64,000 nucleotides of DNA from Zancudomyces culisetae HAW-14-8 (GCA_052426225.1 JBNJNM010000022.1:248001-312000); one strand, 5' to 3'. Counted from the first letter of the stretch, positions 31,271-44,565 are shown. Translations and numbers: made by a program. Notes: generated by a model from the letters alone, not told the origin.

Positions 31271-32043
31271 CCTCTACTCAAAAATTTTCTCTTATTTTTT
31301 ACAATCGCTTATGGATGATTGTGAGGATTATTTCCTTTTTGCAAACTCTAGATGGTAGATATGCTTTGGAGTACGTTTGTTAGATATCTTTTTTTTCTGC
31401 TGTTAATACATTTGCGAAACAAATTTAGCACGTGTTCAAGAACAACCTCTCATTCAATGTACAAATATACCAACTAAAGTTTAGAATTCGGTTGTATACT
31501 CAATTCATCTAAATAATGCCACTTATAGTCAAAAAAAAGCAATGTATAGCTAATGGAAATAGAGATAACAGTGTATAATACATGTGGATATGTGGATGTA
31601 CAACTTTCCTATTGCACAATTAGTTTGATATTTCTTTCAATGTTAGCAGCATTAGGATCGAAAAGACATTATCTGCATCAAAACTTTTTTGATTCCGATC
31701 ATTGACTTGCTACTATTTTACACACATTTTCCCATCTACTGCTCATTTATTTTGTCCCTCTCACAACCACAACCTCCACAAGCAGGTTCAACCAACCAGC
31801 TAACTAATCAAAGGAATAAGCAGAAACTTGCAGCTATTACTGTTTGTGCTGGTAGTTATTGGTGTTATGTAGAGTGTACACTCTACACAATCCATTGATG
31901 ATGTTTGATGGCAGAAAAAAAACCCACTATTTTTTTTGAGCCCTTCTCAGAGTATCTCTGGGCAATGTTTACAATCTGTGAATAATTTTTCGACTTTCCT
32001 CTAGCTCGGATTAGATTCGCATATATCACTATCCTTTCCCAGT

Positions 32044-32345
32044 AAGAAAAAAAATTTTTTCCGTTTTTTTCCCTCCTAGCTTGCTGAAATTTTTTGAAGC
32101 TGTTCTTTGTTCTTGCAAAAAAAAAATTTTTTTTCCTAAATTTTTGGGCCAATTAGATTTACAGAAAGACAAGGTGTCCATTCAAATCCAAAACAAAAAA
32201 AAATCAGGTAAGGGTATTAAAGTGTTGAGGGTTAAGAATAATTGCAAAAAATTGCAGTAAACTAAGGCACCAGAAAACCCAAATTTGTTTAATGAAATAC
32301 GTGTAATAAGTGAAAATGAGGAAAATTGAAAAAAAAAATTTTTTA
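32044..32345. promoter_or_regulatory. RRPE-like AAAATTTT elements upstream of RPS11
   Basis: An-Tn junctions at ~32050, ~32125 and ~32340. Similar junctions lie upstream of RPO41 (~27145) and SLX9 (~60535). Confidence 0.4.
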
Positions 32346-32596
32346 TCAGCTAAAAATTATACCAATGACAACAAAGATCCTCGATTTTTTTAGCTTGATG
32401 TTTTTTGTATGCATGTAGAAGGGTATGCTAGAGTGGGATTAAAACTGAAAAAAAAAATTGAAAAAAAAAACGCTAAACAATAAAAAAAAATTATTTCATA
32501 TTTTTACACTTTTATTTTCTAAATATACACTAAAAAAATAAAGATACTCCTTTACGAGTAAGTTGGTTTTACGGTATTGTATAGAATTCGATCAAA

Positions 32597-33348
32597 ATGT
32601 CTGAGCAGGTAAGTTCACACACTAGTAAATAACATGTCTAGACGAGTTTCTTGTGAAGATCTCGTTGTAGATTGCACATTCTTTTCTAGCTCTGCAAATA
32701 TTGCAAGCGGATCTAATCGGGAAATTTAGTTGTAGATTTTCTGTATGAAAGTATTATTATTGAAACGAGTAGACTGATTATTGATATGAAATAAATAAAA
32801 ACAACTATAGACCGAACGTTCATATCAAAAGCAAGAGGCAATCTCTCTGCACGCTAGAGGAGTACAAAAGAAGGAATCACGTTGGACCAGAGAGGTCGGT
32901 CTTGGTTTCAAGACCCCACGTGAGGCCGTTGAAGGAAACTACATTGACAAGAAGTGTCCATTCACAGGAAACGTCAGCATTAGAGGACGTATTCTTACAG
33001 GAATTGTTACCTCAACCAAGATGAAGCGCACAATCATTATCCGTCGTGACTACCTTCACTACGTCACCAAATACAAGCGTTACGAAAAGCGTCACAAGAA
33101 GATTGCTGCCCATCTTAGTCCAGCCTTCGTTGGTGTAGCCGTCGGTGACACTGTAACTGTAGGAGAGTGCCGGTAAGTTTATTTGCTTTATTTTCTGGTT
33201 ATCTTTGAATTTACATTCATTGTTTATGCAATTACTGATTCGCTGTGTATATTTTTCTAATAGTCCATTGTCAAAGACTGTCCGCTTCAACGTGCTTAAA
33301 CACTCAAAGAAAGTATCCAAGGGATCTAAGCAATTCCAAAAATTCTAA
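32597..33348 (+). CDS. RPS11: 40S ribosomal protein S11 (uS17), 3 exons
   Basis: Exons 32597-32608, 32811-33172, 33264-33348. [41 protein letters not shown]. Confidence 0.97.
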
Positions 33349-35298
33349 ATTTGTGATTTGGATATATATATACTTTATAATTGATGTTTGTTTTTTATTA
33401 GCCCGCTTATTATAATAAAGGATGTTTCTTTAACTCTGCATCACTGGCACCGTTCTGATATTATACACACTTGGTTTTTTTTTTTATAGTTTTTATATCA
33501 TTAAGGTTTTTGAGTTTGATCAATTATTAATTTTTTTTGTCGAACAGTTATGGTTTATGTATGCTCTACTTGGTGGTGCAGATGGAAAGTCGAATGTATT
33601 CGCGCGCCTTGGATACCTTTTTGATGGCTTTAAGCTTCTAATCGGTCCAAATTAGATTGAAAGTTATCTATGATGTTTCTAACACCAAGACACCCTCCTA
33701 TATTTCCCCCCTCATATTTTGCTGAACTAAAAGTCAACCAAGACACTTTTGTCTCCTAAACATTTGATAGCCTTGTATGATCAAATTTATTCAGTATGCT
33801 GAATAGAGGACTAATTCACACATTGATTTCTGTAGCTTGAGTAGATAGTAATTATTTCAGAGCTGAAAGTAATCCTGAACTGTCTATCATATGAATACGA
33901 AATTAGTACTAATCACTTAATACTATGAAAAGCCCATTAACTGGCATACTGAATGTTGGTAAATATAATGACTGCTTTTATCAACTATCTAGATCCTATT
34001 ATTGTTTGAATTAAACAAAAATAAGAGTAATCTATCTTGGTCTTCTTAATTATAAATATTGTAAATATGTACCTAACCATCAAAAACATTTTAATGGTTA
34101 GATCCTAGTTCTATTGCTCATCTGTAATATTGTTGTGAATTGTAACGCACTCTGTATTATATAATCAATATAAAATGACTCGAAGTGATGTAAATGTACG
34201 CACCCTTATACATACCACTAATAATATAGCTATACACAATCACTAAACCGTCTTTTCTTTATAAATCATGCCAAAGTCAAGATACATGATACTTAATACA
34301 TGATCCTTAATATACGATCCTTAATGCAGGACAGCTCATTGTTAAACTACATTGACAGAACGGTATATTCAAAACGTGTGAAATATCTATAGCTATCCCA
34401 AAACCCTCAATTAAGTACATAGTAACACGTATTTGTGACACATCGATATCTTGGGAAAGAGTGTTGACTAAATCAAAAGGCAAAAAAGAAAGACAAATGC
34501 GAGTGTATTGCCAATTTTCCACCTTTATCTTTAGCAAGAAAGAATAAAGGGATTCGTGTGGTTTTGGGATGTTATTTACACTATTTGTGCCGACTCGGTC
34601 ATGCAGAGATCAAAACATAAACAGACTTCGACCTACTCCCTCTTGATACTACTAACCCTAGCCTTCCCCCTCCCCCCTCAAACACCTTAACAACAACACT
34701 TTGTCTTTGCACATCAAATAATTCTCGGCAATTTGTTTACTGTTTTCCATTTTTCACACCTTCAACAACAATGGTTTTACGTATTTTTACCCAAAAGAGT
34801 CTACGTATTTTTATTGGCCATAGCATTTGTATTAGATAACTCAAAGCTGTAGTGGCGCGATTTACAAAGTGCAAGCTCTTCAATTTAATAAGGAAATGCA
34901 TAGGATTGGGCAAAAATTCTAGGCGTTTACAAATTGGCACTTTAGCAATATCGGTATTTTGTACATCAAAACTAGACCAAATAATATGTATTGATTTTAT
35001 GTGGTTTGCTATGAACTTTTCACTTTCACCTTTTCTTAATAAAAGGAGAGAAATATAAGGCTTGATTCTTTGCTCTAGATTTATGATTACAAAGTAATGT
35101 GATAACGATATAATCGGATGTAATCACATTCCTGAACTAAATGCACACAGAGTAAAGACAGAAAAAGGATAAAACGAGTACTTATTTGCCAAATTTAATT
35201 TCAAATTGCGGCTAAATCATACTATCATTGCATTGAATATGTTTAACATGGAAAATTAAATAATTATCAATTCGAAAGAGCTGGATACGGATAAGAAA

Positions 35299-35754
35299 AT
35301 GGATTATTTTTATCTATTTACACTTTTATTGGCATTACTTGCTATATACTATATACTAAGTCTGCTGTTAAGACGCGACAGACTATACACGCGGATAGAT
35401 AGCTCTCTTACACCAAGCGGAATCGAAATAAGGCGAAGAGAGAGATACACAGAGATCCCCATAATATCTGGTTCCTCTACTAGGGAATCTGCAAGAAATG
35501 TTTTCGGCAGGGGATTCGAGCAGGATTACATCGACGGGCTGAACAGCAATACGTTTGATATTAGGATCAATATTTTGTCGGGCGATACAAGATCGGGATT
35601 GGATAGCGACGAAATTAAGATGATAATGAAGGACGAGCGAGTTTCCTTTGATACTGCACGGTTGATTAGACAAGAGCGAATCATGTTGAAAAATAACATC
35701 GACCCTAACACCGGTATCCCACTAGATCCTAAAGCGTTTGTTTTCTCCTCATGA
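35299..35754 (+). CDS. DUF2015 / UPF0357-like protein
   Basis: N-terminal TM helix, then FEQDYIDGLNSNTFDI...GDTRSGLD...FDTARL...IDPNTGIPLDPKAFVFS, the pattern I recognise for this fungal family. Confidence 0.85.
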   Translation: MDYFYLFTLLLALLAIYYILSLLLRRDRLYTRIDSSLTPSGIEIRRRERYTEIPIISGSSTRESARNVFGRGFEQDYIDGLNSNTFDIRINILSGDTRSGLDSDEIKMIMKDERVSFDTARLIRQERIMLKNNIDPNTGIPLDPKAFVFSS

Positions 35755-35960
35755 AATTTGCTATTCAGTTGTTAGTTTTGTCAATAACGGTTGTAGCATC
35801 AAAGCTAACTTTTCTAACAAAAGGAGAACAAGCTTTTCATATTCATACTCAAGATATATTAACATTTTAACGCTTGAATTCATTTACTTTCTTAATCCTT
35901 TTAGGATTCAAAGTATTACTAGTTTACCAAGTTTTATGAAAACACAAATTAAAAAAAAAC

Positions 35961-37895
35961 CTATTTTTTCTTTGCAAAAAAATTCATCAAGTTGGCAGTG
36001 TTCGACTTGCTCTTAGTTGGAATAGATGCTGTCTTCGATGTATTATTGCCATGTGTAGTAGGTGTGACAGCCATCTTTGGATGAGAAGGCATATCAGGCT
36101 CTGATTCTGAGTATGATTCAATTTCTTCAACCACCTTTGTAACCATCATCCCCCTATCGTTTTTGAAATGTTTTGTTTTCATTATCTTCCTTGTTTTCCT
36201 GATCCTGCTTTTCGGCTTGTTTCCAGCAGCAGCTTCAGAGTCTTGTATCTTATTTTCATTCATAGTTTTTGGTGATGAGATTCCAGTTTCATCTTCGCTT
36301 TCACTACTATCAGAGATGACTTTTCTTTTGAGTAATTTTTTGGGGCTTTTCTTGATCTCCTCTTCCAATTCTTCAGATGATTCAACGTTAAGTGGCTGAT
36401 GCTCCACACCTTTAGACATGGACTCTTGAGCTTTTGACTTTTCTTGTGTATCTTTCTCATTTTTATGTTTTGCTGGAATTTTCTTAACTCCGGATGGCTT
36501 CGTAGGTGTTTTTTCTTTGAGTGTTGGTGCTTCGGAAGCCTGTATCTTGGTTTCTGGTAATGATTTAGCCTATTGGTTTAAACCAGTTTTTTTTAATGAA
36601 ATGATATAGACTGACCAGGGCACACTGATATATCTTGTAATTACTAAAATATAAAAATATAAATGATGGCTAAACAAGTGCAAATCCGAACCTTAAAAAA
36701 TACACCATTTTTCCCTTTAGCATCATTCAACACAGTTTTCTTATCTTCTGCTTCGCCCACTTTTGTACTTGCGGATTTATTTTTCAGAGGATTGATTTCT
36801 GCAACTTTTATCTATAATAGAGTGTTGATTAGTTGAAAATTTCTCCTTTATGATAGCGGCTCTGTGAGACATTAAATTTGAATAGTTTGGTATTCAAGGA
36901 ATTCGATAAAATTACTATAGTTATACCTTCTTGTTATCCTTTGCTTCTTCTTGCTTGAAATTGGCTTCAGTGAAGTTTATAGACATGATGTTTGGCGTTT
37001 TGACCAAGTATCTATGACAATAATGATATTATTCAAGATATCTAGCTTTGGTATTTAAATTCTATAGAATTTTGTATCAATATGGTTGTTACTTATTCAA
37101 CTTACTTGCTTTCGTAATCCTCTATTTTTGTGTTTTTTATCTTTTGCAGCAGCTTTTCATTTTGATTCAGCTCATCAATCTATGTAGCAAATGACGGTTA
37201 AATCCTCATTTAAATATATACAAACTTCAACTTTTAGAATTGTACTTACGTTGTTGTCACTACTTTGTATTGAATACAATGCTACAATCGGATTTCTAGT
37301 GCTATTGATAGTATCTATTTACAAATACGATGATGATATAATCCAATTTATATTATTTAAAGTAGGCTGTATATACCAGTACATATTTACCCTTAAGTTC
37401 GGATGCCGAAACGAGCTTTACCAACAGATTAAAATCAACTTTATCGCAAGTGTCATTATGGGCACCCGAATTCCCATTCATGTTCCTATCTTTTTGACTC
37501 TCACTATATCCGGTTATCATATATTTCGCTACACATTTATCTTGATACTTGTTTAAAAAACTCTCTAGCTCCCTATTTGTTGTATATATGCCCAAAATCA
37601 ACTCGATTAATTTAATGTTTCCGCTTCAAGAATTTTTCATAGCTTTCCGAAAAATTGTTAAAAAAGGATTCGTGTATAAAACACACAACTCAAGATAACT
37701 AAAGATGTGTCGCGAACATGATACATCGATATATTACCGTTGTGAATCCATGTTGTTTATCCGTAATTCCTGACTAAGAGTTCTTGTGGTTACAATCTCA
37801 TTTTCCCCAAATATTTTAGTAACTAGCAGATTTTCTGCCTCTCCTTTGATTTCGCTATCACCCATTCTTCCAAATTCTGTTTCTCCACTTGCCAT
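35961..37895 (-). CDS. POLD3: DNA polymerase delta subunit 3 (Cdc27/Pol32/POLD3), about 7 exons
   Basis: N-terminal IVTTRTLSQEL winged-helix-like segment, GT-AG introns, C-terminal RKIMKTKHFKNDRGMMVTKVVEEIESYSESE and PIP-like NLMNFF. One internal exon boundary is uncertain. Confidence 0.85.
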
Positions 37896-38596
37896 AACAG
37901 CTTTTGTAGCTTAAATGTTTGTTTGTGTATCTTTAAGGTAAATTGTGAAAAAATAGGTTAAAAAAATATTAAATTAGTAGTTGATTTAACCTGTCAAACT
38001 TAATTTCAATGCGGATACAAACACCAGCACCCAATAAGATGATTTAATTTTTGTTTGGTTTTTTCCACATATTCTTGAAAGTTGAGACATCGCCATATGT
38101 AAGTACAGTCCCATAAACGCTGAGAATAAGGGACCTTTACTCATCGAGACATCGTGAATGCAGTGCAAAGTCAAGTTTTATTGGTAGTAGCCGAGATAAA
38201 TACCAAAAAACTCAAGATTTGAGCCTATTATAGGTCATACCTTTTCAAGACATGTTTCTTTCCATCATCACTTTGTTAGTATGTTATCTTTTAGTAGTAC
38301 TGATATTATTAGCTTTTTTAGTTATTTTTTTAACCAACGCAAAAAAAAGGAATATCACGCGCCAACAGATATAAAAGGTTGTGTATTGAATAATTTGAAT
38401 ACCACCGTATTCATCCTTTCCTATTGTACCCACACGTATAGTGCTATGATAATTGCTCTTTATTCGACCATTTAAATCAACCAAAATTTTGCTGTAGATA
38501 TACTGTTTGAGGTAATTTTGGATATTAACATAAGTAGGGTTTATTTTTTACTAAAATTGTAAAGAGGCACACTAAAACAAAATGCAGAGGAAAGAA

Positions 38597-39010
38597 TCAG
38601 AGTTTGTTTTTCAATTCTTCAGCAAAGGATGCAAGGGTAGCGCTATCTCGTGCCTCTTCGTCGCCCTCCCAACCCATTTTCAATCCGGTGTTCGCGTTCC
38701 ACTTGGGAATCAGGTGGAAGTGAACGTGCTTAACTTCCTGATGTGCCAATTTTCCGTTATTCTGCAGAATGTTGTAATCCTCACAACCTATTGCCTTACT
38801 CAATTTTTTAGCAACTGGCAGAATCTCTGATAAGTAGTCGTCTGGAATGTCGTGCAACTTTTCGCCATGGTGTTTTGGAATAATCAAGCAGTGCTTTTTG
38901 CTGATTGGGCCAATGTCCAAAAAGGCAAATACTTTTGATGTTTCGTACAATTTGTAACTTGGGATAGCCCCGCTGATGATTTTGCAGAATAGACAGGATG
39001 GTGAACTCAT
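38597..39010 (-). CDS. HNT1: HIT-family adenosine 5'-monophosphoramidase
   Basis: CLFCKII, AFLDIGP, HQEVKHVHFHLIPK histidine triad. Confidence 0.95.
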   Translation of the reverse strand: MSSPSCLFCKIISGAIPSYKLYETSKVFAFLDIGPISKKHCLIIPKHHGEKLHDIPDDYLSEILPVAKKLSKAIGCEDYNILQNNGKLAHQEVKHVHFHLIPKWNANTGLKMGWEGDEEARDSATLASFAEELKNKL

Positions 39011-39534
39011 TTTGCGCTTTCTTTCCTCGTATGAGTAGTAAGGATTAAATATGTTAATACTAGTTATTGTTACCGTAATTTTTCTAGACTGTTTTAGATT
39101 GTATGAAAAAATTGTTTAATTAATTTGGTTTATTTGCAGAAGTTGATATTATAAATTATCTGGAGCTAAGTTTGATTCGACGAAATTGAACAAAACTAAA
39201 ACAGATGCAAATTTCAGTGTCGAGAATAACCACTATTTTCACATATTTGCTCAGAAAGAGGCAGATGTATGTCAATAGAGCAATATTTGGTTTACTGATA
39301 CAGGTCGGTTTACTTCGTGTTCTGTGACAGATTATTCTATTAACCTGAGTGAATCAAAAAGTTTTTTTTCAAAATAATTTAGAGCTCTTATACACAATAC
39401 CACACTATCTGACACACAAGTACCTAACATATTCTTTATTCAGAAATGGAACCCAGTTTTAATACAAAAGGTCTTGTAATGCAATATATTCAGCATGACT
39501 TATGTGTAGCTATATCATATATATGGTCAAACTA

Positions 39535-39858
39535 CCATTGAATGCAACGATGGCTTTGTAAAACATAACCCCCCCTTTGATTATCTAGCTTTTCAGCAAG
39601 TCGTGCAGTATATAAAGATTCACATTTTTTCATTTCTTGAGAATTTATTGCAACCTTTTTGTGGTTGTAAAATAATTCTCGGAGTGATGGAACCCAAGAG
39701 TTAACGAAACCAAGGCTACGTTGTCTCTCAATGTCACCATCAAAGAGAGACAAATAGAGCAAAAGAGCATGTGGGGGGTGGGGATGGGGGTACTGAACCC
39801 TTTGATCAGTAAAGCTGATAATACAACCAGTTACAAGAAATTCGTTTATTGATCATGG
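39535..39858 (+). ncRNA. Candidate structured RNA, class unassigned
   Basis: Nested long-range helices and three internal hairpins found by eye. G-U wobbles favour the plus strand. No known family motif recognised. Confidence 0.4.
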
Positions 39859-40557
39859 CCTTGCTTTTCACCATTTATTGTGGTCATTTTTCTACACAAA
39901 TAATTTGAAGTTTACTGGCCCCACGAAACCGCATTATTCAATAGTTATACTGGAAAGAAACAATCAATGAGTACAAGAGAAAAAAGCCGTATATTAATTA
40001 ACGGATGATCATACACTTTTTTTAGCCAATAAAATTACTAAAAATTTGGTGGAAACCCAAACTCAGCGAATACACAGCTAATATGTGATATTAAAAAATA
40101 TCCAATAAAATGCAAACAAGAATTGTGTGTAGGTGAGAATAATAAACACAATAACATTATTGGATAGCTATTACGTACGCATATAGTGATAGGCACAACT
40201 ACTAATAATATGCCAATTCTTTGCTTCGAAAACCCACTAGGGGAAAGAAAAAGCTATTATATTTTTCACTCTTTAGCAAAATTTATGTGAAAAAATTTTA
40301 TTATCCCCTCGACACATAAAAATTTTTTTTCTTCCTTCTAGCTGAATTTTCTTGCAAAAATATAACAAAATATTGGAATATACTTAATAAGTTGAAAAGT
40401 AAGCTTCTTAGAGAACAAAAACTATTAAAGCATCTTGTTGCAGCTTGGATTTAGAGGATATAACAGAGGATATATACTGACTTTAGGTATTGGGATTCTT
40501 TTTTTAAGCAAATATACGGTAGAGAGTGCATAGCAAACTTATATTATTGTTGGAAAG

Positions 40558-41829
40558 ATGTCGATTTTTGCGTTGAATGAAAGTGTTTGTCGTAAAACTA
40601 CCTCCAGTCCAATTTATGATCAAATAACTACCAAGTTTTCCGGTGGTGAAGATTCGGGAATAATGAACAATATCGACAATGTACTGAGTGCTGATAGTGT
40701 AGATGCACGTAGTGGTTTTTTCGCAATTAAAAAGCAAGCAGATAATTCAATACCGAGCGTAGTTGGTAGAAAAAGAAAGGTAAGACATAGGAGTGAAGAT
40801 TATCGAGAAGACTTATTAGTAAATGAAGGAGGAAGTCTTGTAAAGTTTACAGATTTTGAGAAGGCCTTTGGTAAAGTAAATGCGAAGGGAGTCGGATCGG
40901 TGTTTATAAGTGAGGGGAATGCAGGGCAGCTCGCTGCTTTTAAAGGCTCGGCTGATTCTGAAAATTTTACTTTTTCAGAAGGATTATTTAATGATGAATA
41001 TGTCAAAAAGAGTGATAAGAGGAATAGAAAAGATAATGATGGAAAAAGTTCATGCAAAGATGAGCTTAAGAATAAGAATAGAGAGCTTTCTGTAAAGGTT
41101 AATATATTTTCAGAGCCAGGAAAGACGCGTGGGCACTCTTGTATGGCGAAAGTTGGATTAAAGCCTAGAAAAGAAGTCCCACAGACATGGTGCAAATACA
41201 AGGATGAGTGGTTTTCGATACTTGGTAGTGAGACCTTCGGATTAAGTGCAGGAAAGCAACGCCGGCTTTTTGTACAAAATTTAAAGGGATTTTTTGAATA
41301 TTTGAGGTTTAACTTCGGATTTTCTGCAACTGAAAGCATATGTGTTGAGTTTCCCAGCCTTGAGCTTACACTGCACGAATCTGATGACGAGTGTTCTATA
41401 CTCACTTTAAAAAAGCTTTTTAAATACCACAGGTCTGTAGAAAAGTACCGCAATTCCCCCACCATCCGCCCTGGTGAGTTTTTTTTGAAAAGAATGCCTG
41501 ATGCCTGGGATTTTAGGTTTGTTATCCGCACAACCCCATGTCCATCATCTGTTTTGGCACATTTGGAGACCACAACTGGCTCTGATGTAGTAGAACCTGT
41601 TAACAACTCTACCTCGATTTCTCTTTTCTCCAGACCACTGAGCACCAGAAATATGCATAGCGGTAAAGTTGCGTCGATCAATGGTGCGGTTTGTTCACCA
41701 GCCTCTGTTGGTCTAATCGACCTGGATGACGATTTAGTGTCATATGAGGATGATCTGTCCGATTTTACTTGCTCTGACCTTGTTACTGACTCTCTTGGCT
41801 CTGGTGGCCTAAAAAGGCTAAAGTGCTGA
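40558..41829 (+). CDS. Hypothetical protein, DUF2420/Rmr1-like
   Basis: 423-aa ORF. The central segment (KYKDEWFSIL...LKGFFEYLR...ICVEFPSLELTLHESD...LTLKKLF...FVIRTTP) resembles DUF2420 from memory. Confidence 0.75.
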   Translation: MSIFALNESVCRKTTSSPIYDQITTKFSGGEDSGIMNNIDNVLSADSVDARSGFFAIKKQADNSIPSVVGRKRKVRHRSEDYREDLLVNEGGSLVKFTDFEKAFGKVNAKGVGSVFISEGNAGQLAAFKGSADSENFTFSEGLFNDEYVKKSDKRNRKDNDGKSSCKDELKNKNRELSVKVNIFSEPGKTRGHSCMAKVGLKPRKEVPQTWCKYKDEWFSILGSETFGLSAGKQRRLFVQNLKGFFEYLRFNFGFSATESICVEFPSLELTLHESDDECSILTLKKLFKYHRSVEKYRNSPTIRPGEFFLKRMPDAWDFRFVIRTTPCPSSVLAHLETTTGSDVVEPVNNSTSISLFSRPLSTRNMHSGKVASINGAVCSPASVGLIDLDDDLVSYEDDLSDFTCSDLVTDSLGSGGLKRLKC

Positions 41830-44565
41830 GCTTGTTCTATCTCACGAATTCCTTCTAATGAGTTCTACACATCAAAACATAATTATAGGTAATATTTCAA
41901 CGCATTGTACTCTTTTTTACCATATTAGTTGTACTTTTGATTGTAATGTAAATTTAAATAAACATATTATATTATACAACATAATTGGGATCTTTTTATT
42001 TTGTGTGGGGGCTTTTTTTTCAAAATCTCAAATGCTCAACATATAATGGTACTTTTATTTTCCAACTTGCAAATTCTAAGTGTCAGACGATCTCTTGAAA
42101 TTAAATCTTAGTTATTCCAACTTCACTAAAAGTAGATGTCAGAGTGACCAATTGTGATTAAACAAATAACAAAAAACCTTTATCAAAGAAAATAGAGTAA
42201 CTAGACATGGCTTAAGTAAAACGTAAATACATTAATGAAGGTAGAGATGCAAATAGTAATGGTGTTAGTAATAACTGTCGAAAAGATCGATCCGACGATA
42301 TTAACTTTTCTTGACGAGACAATCACATCTATTTATCTCATTGCAATACCAAATGGTGAAAAGTTGGTGAGTCCACAAGGTGAAAACTGAATGACAATCT
42401 TAATGCATATGGTAAGTATGCTATTGATACCAGAGTCCTGTTGTGAAACCAAAAAGATCGGTTGTATTCAGTAAGTTCGCTTCCTACTTTATTTGTTGCG
42501 AATAGCCAATGTATTTCTGTAGTCTTTACTTTCGTTAAACATCCAGAATTCAAATAAACTGATGGAAAACATAACCGATAATGAGATTAAGAGTCAAATC
42601 GGTGAGTACAAAGATGTTATCCAACCGATCAAGAACATGGCTGACACAAGTAGATAAATATGTGATTGAAACTAAGAAAGCAGCAATAAACAAGATAGAG
42701 GTCATTTCAAGTACAGCAACACCACCAACAGCGTATAAATAGAATAAGATCGGATCTTTTTTATTTTGGTACTATACTTTCTCTGCCTAATGGCTCGTCC
42801 AGTTTTGTATACCTGATCTTTGAGAAAATGATTGAACAAGAAATCGACATAAGCTAAACTATTATGCAATAAAATGCAAAAGATTCACAGTCATTTCCAG
42901 ACGGTTTGTCGAAGCAGATTCAGATAACTATTGAACGTTTTGCGGCAATTGTAAGATGTGACTCTGAATTGCTTATACGTTCGAGATAGTTAGAAACTAG
43001 AGCTGTCAATTTATCTCGACCAACAAACGGTACCACTGAGGCCACTATAGATACTTTGTTCAGCGTGTTGATTACATATATAAAAACACATAATTTTCTT
43101 TACCAATTAATCCAGCCCGCCGAATTTAATACTATTTGTAACAGAGAAGCAAAAAATACATATAGTTGGAAGGAAAATCTTTAGAACAAAGTTGTCACTA
43201 CCACCAAGTAGACTAAAATCAAATAAAAGCAGAAGAGCAACTGATAAAAAGGTTAATAACCCAGTTGCTACGCCGGAAATCAAGTTGAAAAGAACCTGTT
43301 CAGCCTGTTCATTTCAAGACAAACAGCTCCAATAATAGTTGGAGAACAAGTCCCGCGAGGCAGTCGTTCATGGAACCTTTCATCTATAGCGCGAGTCATG
43401 TGCCAAGAGAAAGAATGCTATAATTACTGTAAGCGACATTTTTCTACTTTGCCATCGGTTTCCATATCTGGCTAGTGGTACAGTGAGCGATATCATATAA
43501 AGTAAAGAAATTGCAAAAGTAATGTAGGCACTAAAATGGATCTCATGCGACCTTTTTCTGAATGGTCTACGATTGGCTTGTGTTCATGTTTCTTCATTTG
43601 TTTTTATATTTGTGGCCAAGCTAAATGAGATGATATTTGCGAGATACTTGCATGTGATGAAAAAATAAAAAAGTAATGAGAAGACATCCTCCACAATTGT
43701 TACCTTTGCTAGGATGTACGATGCAACGTAATACAAAGTATACGAAGTCCAAATAGAAGCATAGATGTTCCACCACTTATGCCCTCTCAAGAGTATCCCC
43801 TAATATATCAAAAATAAAATTTTCCCTACATTCTTGCACTTGTGCTGTGTAGGTTTTTCCACAATAACGCTTTTTACTGCAAGAATAACCATTTGAATTA
43901 CTACCACTCTTGAGTAAATTACCTAGCAAGATTTTCTTGCGATTTAAAATCTCTTCTTCGATTATAGAGGTCGGTTCCTTCATGCTATTCGTATTTCTAT
44001 TTTAAACCCCAACTTTTAAAAGTAAATAAGCAACAGTGATGGAAAACACATAAAATAGCAATATCGTCCAGGACCATCTAATATAATCCTGGATTTAAGT
44101 ATTCCGTTTTTTTGATATTTTTAAGTGCTAAAAAAATCTACCATCACGCACATAAAAGATTATAATCGGTTTTTATAATGTCTGTGAACTAGTTGTATTC
44201 TCTTAGTTTTAACCTGCTTAAATGTGCATGCTTTCAGCATAGTTTGCAATATTATATTTAGTTGGATATAAACCAAACACTTTTCTTATTAGGGAATCAA
44301 CTTTTGGTCTTTAGTATATAAACTCTGATTAGTTTAGAAAATTTTGGAAGAAAAGAAAAGTAAAGTAAAGGAACTCTGTTTATAAACACATATATTTGTT
44401 TTAAGAATAACAAAAGGTTTAACAAAGTCTTCCTTCAAAAAGTAATCAATACACTATTGGTGTATCATCATTCTATTGGATACCGAATAAACAAAAGTGA
44501 AATAGGATATGCCTCATAATTGCGCGAATTCTATTTTAGAAATAATTTCAAAAGTACCATAGTAG

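Noticed and set aside
34652-34660. CTAACCCTA as a telomerase template
   Set aside because: A 9-mer is expected by chance at this window size, and no pseudoknot or boundary helix was seen.
39786-39825. TPP-riboswitch-like words
   Set aside because: Lacks the CUGAGA and CCUGAUC core and has no thiamine gene context.
40800-41681. 293-aa antisense ORF, and many shorter antisense ORFs over gag-pol, RPO41 and others
   Set aside because: Shadow frames of real genes.
42340-43990. Hydrophobic coding-like fragments on the minus strand
   Set aside because: Multiple stops and no recognisable family, so no call can be supported.
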